Part shown: positions 42,284 through 53,612 of the stretch, one piece after another
How the letters are laid out: every line of letters starts with the position of its first letter
Numbering within the stretch: position 1 is the first letter of the stretch
Assembly (NCBI GenBank): GCA_963710605.1
Contig: CAVQBA010000004.1
Coordinates: 704,001 to 768,000 of the forward strand
Source of the DNA: an uncultured cyanobacterium
Lineage (GTDB): Bacteria; Cyanobacteriota; Cyanobacteriia; Cyanobacteriales; Cyanobacteriaceae
Direction: 5' to 3'
DNA: 64,000 bases
Made by a program: the position numbers and the translations under genes
The notes under the pieces: model-generated
The model's database searches: none
Told to the model about the DNA's origin: nothing
Seen by the model: only the letters and a program-made list of their open reading frames with translations

Positions 42284-43432
42284 ATGCTCAACCGTCGTCA
42301 ATTCCTTTTAGGTAGTACCGTAGCCTCTTCTTTTTTACTTGGTGCTTGTAACGATCAATCCTCAGATTTGTCTATTTCTTTATTACAAGGATCATTACCT
42401 TTACAATTGATCAGTAATATATCGCAACAATCAGATCAATTAAAAAATGTCAAATTAGAAACTAAATTAAATCCGTCCGAACTTTACAATCTGTTACTAA
42501 CTGAACAGGGAAAAAAGCCACTTGAACCCGAAAATCAATCATTTTTTAAATTCCCTAAATTTGGCAATAAATCTTCAGTCAAAAAAAAAGATATAGTAGC
42601 TGTAGGAAACTATTGGTTAAAACAAGCAATTGAGGAAGATTTAATTGAATCTTTAGAGATAACTAAGTTAGCTAATTGGCAGAAATTAACTCCTTTTTTC
42701 CAACAATTGGTAAGTAGAAATAATCAAGGAAATTTGAACCCAGAAGGAAAAATATGGGGAGCACCTTACCGATGGGGATGTACGATGATAGCTTATCGTA
42801 ACGATAAATTTAAAGATTTAGGTTGGCAACCAACTGATTGGCAAGATTTATGGAATGAAGATATTAAACAGCGTTTTTCTTTGTTGAATCAACCACGTGA
42901 AATTATTGGTTTAACTCTCAAAAAACTTGGTTATTCTTATAATCATAATAATCCTCGATCAATCGATAACTTATTACCACAACTAAAAAAATTAAATCAA
43001 CAAGTCAAGTTTTATAACTCAAAAAATTATTTACAACCATTAATTTTAGGAGATACATGGTTAGCTGTAGGTTGGTCTAGTGATATTCTACCAGTTGTCA
43101 GTCGATATAGTAATATTAGTGCGATCGTACCTAATTCTGGTACTTCTTTGTGGGCAGATATTTGGGTAAAACCAAAATCGACAGAAGATACTATTAGTGA
43201 TTTAGATAAACTTTATCAATGGATAGATTTTTGTTGGCAAGAAAAATCGGTTAAACAAATTAATTTATTTACTAAAGCTATGTCAACTATCGAAGTTGCT
43301 AATAATTTGAGTAGCAAAAAAAACTATTCTCTAACAATGGATACATTAAAGCAAAGTGAATTTATTGAACAGTTACCAGCAGAATCTTTAACTGAATATG
43401 AAAATATGTGGCGAGAATTATTTTCTACTTAA
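42284..43432 (+). CDS. polyamine-type ABC transporter substrate-binding lipoprotein (PotD-like)
   Basis: NRRQFL Tat signal, LLGAC lipobox, GAPYRWG, GYSYN, AVGWSSD, SGTSLWAD. Confidence 0.85.
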   Translation: MLNRRQFLLGSTVASSFLLGACNDQSSDLSISLLQGSLPLQLISNISQQSDQLKNVKLETKLNPSELYNLLLTEQGKKPLEPENQSFFKFPKFGNKSSVKKKDIVAVGNYWLKQAIEEDLIESLEITKLANWQKLTPFFQQLVSRNNQGNLNPEGKIWGAPYRWGCTMIAYRNDKFKDLGWQPTDWQDLWNEDIKQRFSLLNQPREIIGLTLKKLGYSYNHNNPRSIDNLLPQLKKLNQQVKFYNSKNYLQPLILGDTWLAVGWSSDILPVVSRYSNISAIVPNSGTSLWADIWVKPKSTEDTISDLDKLYQWIDFCWQEKSVKQINLFTKAMSTIEVANNLSSKKNYSLTMDTLKQSEFIEQLPAESLTEYENMWRELFST

Positions 43433-43529
43433 CAACATAGACTAATATTGAATCAAGACAAAATGGATTATTGTCAAAAGTGAAGGGTGAAGGATGAAGG
43501 ATGAATGATGAATCAATGGTAAAAAATCA

Positions 43530-45476
43530 ATGAAAAAGTATCTCAAATATATTTTAATTATCTTTTTGGCAATTGTTTTTTTAAGTCGAGAAGATATTCA
43601 GCAATCTTATCACTTCTCTTCTGAGTTAGATAACAATACCGAACAAATTTTAATTATTAATCCTGATAGTAACGACAGTAATACTAATAAGCAAAATCAA
43701 CAATTAACTACACAACAAACAAATTTAATTAGTAATTTTGAAATAGATAATGAAAGACAATTAACAGATACTTCTTCTAGTTATCCTCAAATTATTGATA
43801 ATTTAGCTAATGTTTTTATCGCCGATAATTCAAATAAGCAAACAAATATTCAAAAATCAAAACCTGATTCTTTAATTAGTCAAAATACAGAAAAAAAAGA
43901 AGACTCTTCTACTTCTAAGAAAATTGAAAAAAATCGAGTTACATTAGGAAATCAATATTTATTTGATATAGTTGAACCTTTTGGTAATGTGTCACCACAA
44001 ATTAGGGCTCAAAGAATAACCAGAGACTTAAATAAATTTGCTCAAGACTATTCTTTAGAAAGTAATAATATTTTAATTAACCAAGTTAGTGACGAGATTA
44101 TTTTACTCTCTGTAGAAAATACAGCATTAATTACTCTAACTAAAGCTGATGCCGATGTAATTAATTTGACTTTACCTGAATTAGCAGATAGTTATCAGCA
44201 GAAAATAATTAATGCTGTTGACAAATATCGTAACAGAAGAAGTAGTGAACAACTTTTAATTAATGTAGGTATAGCTGTAGGGGTTAGTTTACTTTTCTTA
44301 ATTTTAACTAAAATTATTTCACTTGGTAAAAAGAAACTTTTAACAGTAGTTGAAACTAGCGAAAGAAGTCTCCTGCGTAATATCAAAATACAAGGATTAA
44401 AACTTGTTTCCGTTGAACAACAAAGAAAAATTATCGCTATCATAATTAAAATTATTATTAGTGGTATATATTTACTTTTATTTTTTACTTATTTAGGCGT
44501 AATCTTTCGGATTTTTCCGCAAACTAAACAATTTGGAGATGTTGTTTTTTCGGCTTTTACATTGGCAATTACTAATCTTGTTACCTCAATAATTAGTTAT
44601 TTACCTAATTTATTTATTATCGTTATCACCTTATTTGTTACTCAATATGTAGTGCGTTTAAGTAACACTGTATTCAAAGCACTCAAAGAAGGAAGTATTT
44701 CGATTATTGGTTTCTACCAAGAATGGGCAGAACCAACAGGGCGTATTATGACAATATTAATATATGCTATGGCATTGGCTATTGTCTTTCCTTATCTACC
44801 GGGTGCTGATTCCCCTGCTTTTCAAGGTGTATCTTTGTTTTTAGGTGCTTTAGTTACTTTTGGTGGTGCGAGTGCAATTAGTAACGTTATTGGTGGTGTT
44901 ATCGTCATTTATACTAGAGCGTATCAATTAGGTGATTTGGTTAAAGTAGGGGATGTGACTGGTAATGTATTAGAAAAAACGATTCTTTCTACTCGCATTC
45001 GTACTCCTAATAATCAAATTGTAACCATTCCTAATGCAACGATCGTTTCTAGTAATATTGTTAATTTTACTGCAACTAATCGAGAATTAAAAGAACCACT
45101 TATTCTCAATACAACCATTACCCTCGGTTATGATATTCCTTGGCGAAAAGTACATCAAGTATTAGTTGATGCGGCTTTTATTACCGAAGGTATCTCTAAT
45201 GATTTCCAACCTTTTGTCTTACAAACTGCTTTAAATGATTTTTATGTCGAGTATGAATTAAAAGCATATAGCCAATTGGGTATCGCCCCTTCACTAATAC
45301 CTAGTCTTTATTCACTGTTACATCAAAATATACAAGACAAGTGTAACGAAGCTGATATTGAAATTCTTTCTCCTCATTATCGTGCGGTTAGAGATGGTAG
45401 TCACTCAACTATTCCAATGGAATATCTACCCGAGAATTATCAACCACCTGGATTTAAAATCGAAAGCCAGCAATAG
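43530..45476 (+). CDS. mechanosensitive channel, MscS family, with long N-terminal region
   Basis: RAYQLGDLVKVG, TRIRTPNNQIVTIPN, ITLGYDIPW, LHQNIQDKCNEADIEILSP. Confidence 0.92.
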   Translation: MKKYLKYILIIFLAIVFLSREDIQQSYHFSSELDNNTEQILIINPDSNDSNTNKQNQQLTTQQTNLISNFEIDNERQLTDTSSSYPQIIDNLANVFIADNSNKQTNIQKSKPDSLISQNTEKKEDSSTSKKIEKNRVTLGNQYLFDIVEPFGNVSPQIRAQRITRDLNKFAQDYSLESNNILINQVSDEIILLSVENTALITLTKADADVINLTLPELADSYQQKIINAVDKYRNRRSSEQLLINVGIAVGVSLLFLILTKIISLGKKKLLTVVETSERSLLRNIKIQGLKLVSVEQQRKIIAIIIKIIISGIYLLLFFTYLGVIFRIFPQTKQFGDVVFSAFTLAITNLVTSIISYLPNLFIIVITLFVTQYVVRLSNTVFKALKEGSISIIGFYQEWAEPTGRIMTILIYAMALAIVFPYLPGADSPAFQGVSLFLGALVTFGGASAISNVIGGVIVIYTRAYQLGDLVKVGDVTGNVLEKTILSTRIRTPNNQIVTIPNATIVSSNIVNFTATNRELKEPLILNTTITLGYDIPWRKVHQVLVDAAFITEGISNDFQPFVLQTALNDFYVEYELKAYSQLGIAPSLIPSLYSLLHQNIQDKCNEADIEILSPHYRAVRDGSHSTIPMEYLPENYQPPGFKIESQQ

Positions 45477-45540
45477 TTATAGTTATTTAAATTAAGTTTA
45501 AAACGGTATAAATAACAGTAAAAAGAAGAATATAAAACCC

Positions 45541-45593
45541 GCCTTGGGTATCAATTGACAAGGCTAATAGAATACGTTTAATAAATTAAACTC
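45541..45593 (+). repeat. double-hairpin dispersed repeat, copy 2
   Basis: GCCTTG...CAAGGCTAATAG...CGTTTAATAAATTAAACTC. Confidence 0.8.
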
Positions 45594-45695
45594 TTTTATA
45601 GCTAAAAATAGACAAAATAAATAAGTAGAAAGCGATTAAAAAATGAAACCTAACAATAATTCCCTATTCTCAATTTTTTAGTATTTAAAAGTAAT

Positions 45696-46244
45696 CTAAA
45701 ATTGTAAATAATTCATCAGATGATAAGCCATATCCGCAGTTAAATTAAGTCTTTGTTGTAAATCTCCGATATGACGATAATCACCATTACTTTCTTTTTC
45801 AATTAAAATTTGTTTAATGATATTTTCTTCTAGGTTAGGAATCGTCGTTAGTTTTTCTAACGTGGCTTGATTAAGATTAATTTTGGCAGGGGCAATAAAA
45901 CTATCTGTGGCGTAATAAGCAAAATAAAGTATTGGTTGCCATTCTTGTATTTTCAACACTGATACACTTAAAGCGGCGGCTAAATCTTCAATACATAAAA
46001 AATGTATCCCTGCTTGATTTATTTCGACTAATTTCTGGGCTTGAATAATCGAGATACCGGGTAATCTAAGCCAATCATCAACTGAGGCGATATTAACATC
46101 TATTTTAATCCCTAACCCAGCGGCGATCGTAATTTCTTCTAAAGATTGAAAACGATAATAAGGATCTTGTTGTATTTTAGCAACAATTGTATTTCGACGA
46201 CGATTTATTTTTTTGACAGAAGATAACCAATCAGAAAGAGCCAT
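45696..46244 (-). CDS. helix-hairpin-helix (ComEA-like) DNA-binding protein
   Basis: IDVNIASVDDWLRLPGIS and INLNQATLEKLTTIP. Confidence 0.85.
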   Translation of the reverse strand: MALSDWLSSVKKINRRRNTIVAKIQQDPYYRFQSLEEITIAAGLGIKIDVNIASVDDWLRLPGISIIQAQKLVEINQAGIHFLCIEDLAAALSVSVLKIQEWQPILYFAYYATDSFIAPAKINLNQATLEKLTTIPNLEENIIKQILIEKESNGDYRHIGDLQQRLNLTADMAYHLMNYLQF

Positions 46245-46368
46245 TTTATTATATATTTGTGTTGCAAATTATTAAGAATTTATGCAATTGTGACCATATT
46301 AAGGCACATTTAATAGTAATTTGGACTTAATTGTCTAATTTGTTGTTATTAAAAGGAGTTGTTAGATC

Positions 46369-46464
46369 ATGTCTATTTCTGATACTCAAGTTTTCATAGC
46401 TTTGGTTGTTGCTTTAGTACCTGGTATATTAGCATTTCGTTTAGCTACTGAACTATATAAATAG
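46369..46464 (+). CDS. psaM: photosystem I subunit XII
   Basis: own translation [40 protein letters not shown]; below the ORF-track cutoff. Confidence 0.96.
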   Translation: MSISDTQVFIALVVALVPGILAFRLATELYK

Positions 46465-46589
46465 AAAGTGTTGATAGTTGGTAGTTGATAGTTAACTATT
46501 TAAACAGTAAACGATCGACACTAATGGTGATTTGAAAGTTTTCATCTAAAATAATTAATCAATTATCAATTATCAATTCTTAGTTACTT

Positions 46590-47319
46590 ATGGATAAAAA
46601 AATTGGTACTCTTTATGGTATCAGTGTAGGGACAGGTGATCCAGAATTAATTACAGTTAAAGGATTACGAATATTACAAAATAGCCCGATCGTTGCTTTT
46701 CCTGCTGGTATTAACGGTAAAGATGGTGTGGCTCAAACTATAATTCAAGAGTATTTACAACCTCATCAACAAATACTACCTTTATCTTTTCCTTACACAT
46801 TGTCACAACCGGATTTAACTCAAGCATGGCAAAATGTAACTGAGCAAGTTTGGCGATATCTACAACAAGGTTTTGATGTGGCGTTTGCTTGTGAAGGAGA
46901 TATTAGTTTTTATAGCACTTTTACTTATCTAGCTTCGACATTAAAGAAATTATATCCTCAAATAAAAATCGATCGCATTGCGGGGGTTTGCTCACCAATG
47001 GCAACCGCTTCGGTTTTAGGTTTACCTCTAACTATGCAACACGAAAAGTTAGTTGTTTTACCAGCATTATATTCGATCGAAAAACTAGAAGGAGGCTTTA
47101 GATTGGGCAGAAATAGTTGTATTAATGAAAGTTGCTTCTGTTTATCCTCAAGTATGGCAAATTCTGCAACAAAGAAATTTATTTGCTTCTACTTATTTAG
47201 TGGAAAAAGCGACTACTAAAGATGAAAAAATTTATCGTGATTTAACTAATTATCCTCAACTATCTTTGAGTTATTTTTCGATTATGATTATTTGTCAGAA
47301 ACGAAATTTTGAGATCTGA
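46590..47319 (+). CDS. cobI: precorrin-2 C20-methyltransferase, split by a 1-nt frameshift at ~47091
   Basis: GISVGTGDPELITVKG, CEGDISFYSTF; removing one G gives LEEALDWAEIVVLMKVA and joins ORF 47125..47319 (LSYFSIM). Confidence 0.9.
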
Positions 47320-47427
47320 TATAGCAATTATTAGTATGATGAAGTACATCTCGATCCCCCTAAATCCCCCTTATCAAGGGGGACTTGCAAATAATTAATG
47401 TACCTCATAATGATGGTAAACGCTATA
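47320..47427. mobile_element. MITE-like element carrying a C-rich hairpin repeat
   Basis: TATAGC...ATGAAGTACAT / ATGTACCTCAT...GCTATA frame around CCCCCTAAATCCCCCTTATCAAGGGGGACT. Confidence 0.7.
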
Positions 47428-47455
47428 TCAAGTACAAGTTTAAGTACTTATTATT

Positions 47456-47578
47456 ATGCTAACTAAACAAACTAATTATACTAATCTACGCCAAAATTTA
47501 GCATCTATTCTTGATAAAACGATCGAAATATTAGTGAACACTTGTATTAATAGCTTGAAAATGGCGAAAAATAGCTAA
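47456..47578 (+). pseudogene. Phd/YefM-family antitoxin N-terminal fragment
   Basis: own translation MLTKQTNYTNLRQNLASILDKTIE...; resemblance ends at CGATCG 47520-47525; AGTAC-AAGTTTAA-GTACT inverted repeat just upstream. Confidence 0.65.
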
Positions 47579-47627
47579 ATTAAAGCTAAAATAATTTACT
47601 GTCTATAACCTACATTAACTACTACTT

Positions 47628-48957
47628 GTGATCAACCTAACTCAAACCGAACAACAAACTCAACTAACCATCACCGACAAAGTCGAAGCACTTAAAGGTA
47701 CAATCTCAATCCCTGGGGATAAATCTATTTCTCATCGATCGTTAATGTTAGGTGCGATCGCTTCAGGAGAAACTACAATAGAAGGATTATTACTAGGAGA
47801 AGATCCTCGTAGTACAGCACAATGTTTTCAAGCGATGGGAGCGAAAATATCACCACTAAACAGTAAAAAGGTAGTCGTGACAGGCATAGGAGATGGATTA
47901 TTAATTGAACCGATCGATATTTTAGATGCAGGTAATTCAGGCACAACTATGCGTTTGATGTTAGGTTTGCTCGCTTCACAACCAGATAAATTTTTTACCG
48001 TCAAAGGAGATAGCTCATTAAATACCCGCCCGATGTCTAGAGTAATCAAACCATTACAACAAATGGGAGCAGTTATTTACGGACGAAATCATCATCAAAA
48101 TGCACCATTAGCAGTAGTTGGGCAAAACCTCAAACCGATTCATTATCATTCTCCTATTGCCTCAGCTCAAGTCAAATCGTGTATATTACTAGCAGGATTA
48201 ATGACAGAAGGAAAAACCACTGTAACCGAACCTGCTTTATCAAGAGATCATTCTGAAAGAATGTTAACCGCTTTTGGTGCTAAACTTGAAATCGACCCCG
48301 ATACTAATAGCGTCACGATCGAAGGAAAAGCGAAGCTTACAGGGCAAAAAGTAATCGTACCAGGTGATATAAGTTCGGCGGCATTTTGGTTGGTTGCAGG
48401 GGCAATTACACCTAATTCTGAGCTAACTATCACCAATGTTGGTATCAATCCAACTCGTACAGGTATACTCGAAGCCCTACAAATGATGAACGCCGATATT
48501 ACTATTCTCAACGAAAGAGATGCTTGTGGCGAACCTGTTGCCGACTTACAAATAAAAACAAGTAAATTACAAGGATGTACGATCGAAGGGGCGATTATTC
48601 CTCGCTTAATCGACGAAATACCCATTCTAGCTGTAGCGGCTTGTTTTGCTGAAGGTACAACTACAATTAAAGATGCGGCAGAATTAAGAGTCAAAGAAAG
48701 CGATCGTTTAGCGGTAATGGCAACGGAATTAGGTAAAATGGGTGCGAAAATTACTGAGTTTGCTGATGGGATGGAAATAATTGGCTGGTAATCCTCTACA
48801 AGGTATTCAAACCGATAGTTACACCGATCATCGTATTGCTATGAGTTTGGCAATTGCGGCACTTAATGCTAAGGGAGAAACTAAAATCGATCGTGCTGAA
48901 GCGATTTCTATTTCTTATCCTACTTTTGTTGATACTTTAAAATCGATCGTTAAATGA
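47628..48957 (+). CDS. aroA: 3-phosphoshikimate 1-carboxyvinyltransferase, 1-nt frameshift at ~48783
   Basis: [35 protein letters not shown]; after removing one base the frame reads ...[18 protein letters not shown]...ISYPTF to a stop at 48957. Confidence 0.95.
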
Positions 48958-49233
48958 TTAAGAGGGAAGATTTGTTTAAACCGCAGAGACGCAGAGAAAC
49001 GCAGAGGGGTTGACTGGTGTGTGTCTTTATGGGGTTGAGAGAGAGAGAGAAAAAGTTAATTATTAGTTATATTAAAGAACTATCCAATTTGAGTGAAGAC
49101 AAATAATTCAAAGAAAAATAATTGCTAACTGCTAATTACTAATTGTTGATGAAGATATATTAAGATAGTGAAAGATAAAAGCAGAAATTATTCTTTTAAT
49201 TCTCATTTAATTAACTAATTTTAACCACATATA

Positions 49234-50826
49234 TTGATCATGAGTGACAAAATTCTCTACGTCAGACTTCCTTGTAATCCTATCTTCCCTATTGGTGTTG
49301 TTTATATCGCCGATCATATTCATAAGGTATTTCCTGAGATAGAACAAGAAATTTTTGATTTGGGTACAATTCCACCCGTCGATTTCGATCGTGCTTTAAT
49401 TGAATGTATCGATCGTTTTCAACCCACAATGTTGGTTTACTCATGGCGTGATATTCAAATTTATGCCCCCGTCGGCGGTAGGGCAGGTAATCCTCTACAA
49501 AATGCTTTTGAATTTTATTACGCTAAAAATCCTTTGATTAAATTAAGAGGTGCTTTAGGTGGCTTAAAAGTTGCTAGTGCTTATTATGGTGAGTTGTGGC
49601 GTAACACGGGTTTAGTAAAAAAAGGTTTAAAACAAGCACAGAAATATAACCCTCAAGCGAGAGTTATGGTTGGTGGTGGTGCGGTTAGTGTCTTTTACGA
49701 ACAACTAAAAACTAAATTACCAAAGGGTTCGATCGTTTCTGTGGGTGAAGGTGAAGTTTTATTAGAAAGAATATTAAAAAATAATAGTTTTGCTGATCAA
49801 CGTTGCTATGTAGTCGGGGAAGAAAAACCACGAGAAAATTTAATTCACGAACAACCAACCGCCTTTGAAAAGACTGCTTGTAATTATGATTACATCGCCA
49901 GTATTTGGGGCGACTTTGATTATTATTTCCAAGAAAATGATTTTTATATAGGGGTGCAGACCAAACGTGGATGCCCTCATAACTGTTGTTATTGCATCTA
50001 CACGGTAGTTGAAGGCAAAAAAGTGAGAATTAACCCAGCCGAAGAGGTTGTCGCCGAAATGCGTCAATTATACGATCGAGGTATTCGTAATTTTTGGTTT
50101 ACTGACGCTCAGTTTATTCCTGCTAAAATGTATATCAATTCTGCGATCGAGTTATTAAAAGAAATCAAGGCTTCTGGAATGGAAGATATTCATTGGGCTT
50201 CTTATATTCGTGCTGACAATCTTAACCCTGAATTATGCGATTTGATGGTGGAAACGGGGATGAATTATTTCGAGATTGGTATCACCAGTGGCTCGCAAGA
50301 ATTAGTCAGGAAGATGCGTATGGGTTACAATCTGCGTAACGTCTTGCAAAATTGTCGTGACTTGAAAAATGCAGGTTATGAAGATGTCGTTTCAGTTAAT
50401 TATTCTTTTAATGTGATTGATGAAACATTTGATACTATTAGACAAACGATCGCTTATCATCGGGAATTAGAAGATATTTTTGGTATTGATAAAGTTGAAC
50501 CAGCTATTTTCTTTATTGGTTTACAACCTCATACCCATCTAGAAGAATATGCTTTTGATAATGATATACTCAAAAAAGATTATAACCCCATGAGTATGAT
50601 GCCTTGGACGGCTAAAAAACTACTCTGGAATCCCGAACCTTTAGGCTCATTTTTCGGTGAAGTTTGTTTACAAGCATGGCAACAAAACCCCCTTGATTTT
50701 GGTCGAGAAGTATTTGCTATTTTAGAAAAACGTCTTGGTAAAGCCGATTTAGAATCAGCATTAACCGCACCACTCACATCCGACAAACAAAAGCAAAATC
50801 AACAGTTAGCAACTACATCAAAATAA
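49234..50826 (+). CDS. radical SAM protein (Slr0320-like, PSII high-light acclimation family)
   Basis: VQTKRGCPHNCCYC CxxxCxxC; ILYVRLPCNPIFPIG N-terminus. Confidence 0.88.
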   Translation: MIMSDKILYVRLPCNPIFPIGVVYIADHIHKVFPEIEQEIFDLGTIPPVDFDRALIECIDRFQPTMLVYSWRDIQIYAPVGGRAGNPLQNAFEFYYAKNPLIKLRGALGGLKVASAYYGELWRNTGLVKKGLKQAQKYNPQARVMVGGGAVSVFYEQLKTKLPKGSIVSVGEGEVLLERILKNNSFADQRCYVVGEEKPRENLIHEQPTAFEKTACNYDYIASIWGDFDYYFQENDFYIGVQTKRGCPHNCCYCIYTVVEGKKVRINPAEEVVAEMRQLYDRGIRNFWFTDAQFIPAKMYINSAIELLKEIKASGMEDIHWASYIRADNLNPELCDLMVETGMNYFEIGITSGSQELVRKMRMGYNLRNVLQNCRDLKNAGYEDVVSVNYSFNVIDETFDTIRQTIAYHRELEDIFGIDKVEPAIFFIGLQPHTHLEEYAFDNDILKKDYNPMSMMPWTAKKLLWNPEPLGSFFGEVCLQAWQQNPLDFGREVFAILEKRLGKADLESALTAPLTSDKQKQNQQLATTSK

Positions 50827-50897
50827 TTGACAATTGACAATTGACAGTTGACAATTGATAAGAGTATCGAGAGTAAATAATTAAAACTATTGATTTT

Positions 50898-50953
50898 ATT
50901 CTCCATTCTCCATTCTCCATTCTCCATTCTCCATTCTCCATTCTCCATTCTCC
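50898..50953. repeat. short tandem heptamer repeat (ATTCTCC x8)
   Basis: eight perfect copies ending 10 nt before the next start; AATTGAC-type repeats also at ~50826-50860 and ~23110-23140. Confidence 0.92.
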
Positions 50954-50963
50954 ATTATTTAAG

Positions 50964-51665
50964 ATGTCTCCTACTGCCGAAGAAATCAAAACACTGTTTA
51001 ATCAAATCGCACCTGTATATGATTCTCTCAATGATGGTTTGAGTTTTGGACTCCATCGCATTTGGAAGTTAATGGCAGTAAAATGGAGTAATCCTCATCC
51101 TCAAGCAACCGCACTAGATTTATGTTGTGGTAGTGGAGATATGAGTTTTTTATTGGCTAAACAAATTGAGCAAGGTAAAGTGATTGGGGTCGATTTTTCC
51201 GCTGAGTTATTAGAGGTTGCCAGACAAAGACAATTGAATCAGACTCAACTAAAATCAAAATCGATCGAATGGATAGAAGCAGATGTGTTAGATTTACCTT
51301 TTGCTGATAATCATTTTGATTGTGCCACGATGGGTTATGGATTGAGAAATGTAACTGATATTCCTCTTTGTTTAACTCAAATTAGACGAGTTTTAAAACC
51401 AAATGCCAAAGTAGCAATTTTAGATTTTAATAAACCAACCAATGAAATCGTGGCAAATAGTCAAAAATGGTACTTAGATAATATAGTGGTTAATTTAGCA
51501 AATACCTTTCAAGTTGAAAACCAATATGCTTATATTTACGAAAGTTTAGAGCGTTTCCCCGATAGTAACCAACAAATACAATTAGCTTTAGATGCAAGTT
51601 ATACCCAAGCAATCCATTACCCTTTGCTCGGTGGAATGATGGGTGTTTTGTTACTAACTAAATAA
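50964..51665 (+). CDS. menG: demethylphylloquinone/menaquinone methyltransferase (UbiE/MenG)
   Basis: FNQIAPVYDSLNDGLSFGLHRIWK, LDLCCGSGD, MGYGLRNV, RVLKP. Confidence 0.9.
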   Translation: MSPTAEEIKTLFNQIAPVYDSLNDGLSFGLHRIWKLMAVKWSNPHPQATALDLCCGSGDMSFLLAKQIEQGKVIGVDFSAELLEVARQRQLNQTQLKSKSIEWIEADVLDLPFADNHFDCATMGYGLRNVTDIPLCLTQIRRVLKPNAKVAILDFNKPTNEIVANSQKWYLDNIVVNLANTFQVENQYAYIYESLERFPDSNQQIQLALDASYTQAIHYPLLGGMMGVLLLTK

Positions 51666-51770
51666 CTAAACTTATAGTATAGTGCTACCCTAAAACATTG
51701 GCATAGTTGTTCAACAAAATAGACAAATAATTTTAGCAAGATTAGCAATTAATAATCGAAATATACTTGA

Positions 51771-51805
51771 TCAACTATCAACTATCAACTATCAACTATC
51801 AACTA
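51771..51805. repeat. short tandem heptamer repeat (TCAACTA x5)
   Basis: directly visible. Confidence 0.9.
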
Positions 51806-51807
51806 GG

Positions 51808-52793
51808 TTACACGTGTGCTTGATATTTATCATAAACCTCAATCCCCGGTATAGGTTCTTTAAAAATAGGCGGTTGTTTGTATTCTTCAGGAGGGTATTC
51901 TTGGATAATTGTAGCCATAGAATTGTAGCATTCTTCCCATTGTCTTAAGAATATCAGTAATTGTTGAAATTGAGCGAAAGATTGCTTATGTCTATGACGT
52001 AAAGCAATGTATTGTAAAACCAAAGCATAAGTTTCGGGTATATTTTTATGCTGAGGCACTTGAATTACTTTTCCCAGTTTAAGAAATATCTCAGCATTAA
52101 TTTGAACGATAACTTGAAATTCTTTAATGTTATCCAAATTTTTGTCGTAAAAACTGTCGGCAATTTCACCTACAGTGTGTAACAAAGAAAAACTAGTCAA
52201 ATCATATTGTTTAAATAATAGCAATAGCTTTAAGCCTAACACATCTTTACTCACTATGTCTAATTGATTAACATAAGATTGAATTGCAGTTTTACCTTCA
52301 TCGCTTTTGATTCTAGGAATAATATCATTTAGTTTTCTTTCTACTAGTTTTTGAAATTCTTCTGTTGTTAAATCTTTGCTTAACAATTCAAAAATGTAAG
52401 TGTAAAATTCTTGTTGAGCAAAACTACGATAACGTGATTCTGTCGCTTCTATTTTCAAAAAACTTTCTTTAGTTTCTAAAGCAACTCTTAACAACTCAAT
52501 ACTATGTTTTAAACCTTCAAATACTCCCTTTTCTTGCTCAAACTCACGATTCATAATCAAAAATGCTACAAATTATCGGCGTTAAATTTTGCATTATCGA
52601 TCGCTTTTGTCATTGCCGCAATAGTTTTTAATTGTTTATGAGAATCTTGATAAAACTGAATTCTTGCTTCAGGAATTTCTTCTTTAACTATTAAAACTGA
52701 TCGATTTCGTACCCAATCAACAAAAGATTGTTCGCCCCATAAAGGACGATTCCACCAAGGATATGTTCTTTGAAGTTCGTTATTATCGTTCAT
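51808..52793 (-). CDS. hypothetical protein split by a 1-nt frameshift at ~52572
   Basis: ORF 52566..52829 (YPWWNRPLWG...KFNAD) joins ORF 51808..52560 through xFVAFLIMNRE if one base is added. Confidence 0.7.
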
Positions 52794-52896
52794 AATTGCT
52801 ATTGATAGTTGAATACAAATCAAATACATATCAACTATTATTTAAGGATATTTTAAAATATTAAAACATAACAACTAAATTATAACCAATCGAATT

Positions 52897-53541
52897 ATGA
52901 AGATTTCTGTAGAAAGTTTGCGAGAAAATTACACAAAAGGTGGTTTACTAAAACAAGATCTTAAACTTGAACCGATCGAACAATTTAAACTATGGTTTGA
53001 GCAAGCGGTAGAATCAGATATATTAGAACCTAATGCCATGACGTTAGCGACAGTTAGTGATGCGGGTAAACCTGTAGCCAGAATTGTTTTACTCAAAAAA
53101 ATTGACATTAAAGGCTTGACTTTTTTTACTAATTATGATAGCCGTAAAGGAGAAAATTTAGCCAATAATCCTTGGGCATCATTAGTATTTTGGTGGGGAG
53201 AGTTAGAAAGACAAGTCAGAATAGAAGGTAGAGTCGAAAAAATAGCCCCAAAAGAAAGTAATGAGTATTTTAATAGTCGTCCGATAGGTTCACAATTAGG
53301 TGCATTAGCATCACCTCAATCTCAAGTAATTCCCGATCGAGAATATTTAGAAAATCGTTTAGAAACACTGACAAATGAATACAAAAACAAAACAATTTCT
53401 CGTCCGCAACATTGGGGTGGTTATCGAGTTGTACCTAATTTAGTTGAGTTTTGGCAAGGCAGACAGAATCGTTTACACGACAGATTTTGTTACCGTTTAG
53501 ACAATAATCAGCAATGGCAAATCGATCGTCTTGCACCGTAA
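52897..53541 (+). CDS. pdxH: pyridoxamine 5'-phosphate oxidase
   Basis: EPNAMTLAT, RIVLLK, FFTNYDSRKG, RQVRIEG, EFWQGRQNRLHDR, RLAP. Confidence 0.96.
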   Translation: MKISVESLRENYTKGGLLKQDLKLEPIEQFKLWFEQAVESDILEPNAMTLATVSDAGKPVARIVLLKKIDIKGLTFFTNYDSRKGENLANNPWASLVFWWGELERQVRIEGRVEKIAPKESNEYFNSRPIGSQLGALASPQSQVIPDREYLENRLETLTNEYKNKTISRPQHWGGYRVVPNLVEFWQGRQNRLHDRFCYRLDNNQQWQIDRLAP

Positions 53542-53612
53542 TAATGAGTAATGAGTAAGGAGTAAGGAGTAAAAACAGGTAAGAGGCAAGTACTTTTTTT
53601 CTTATTTAGATA

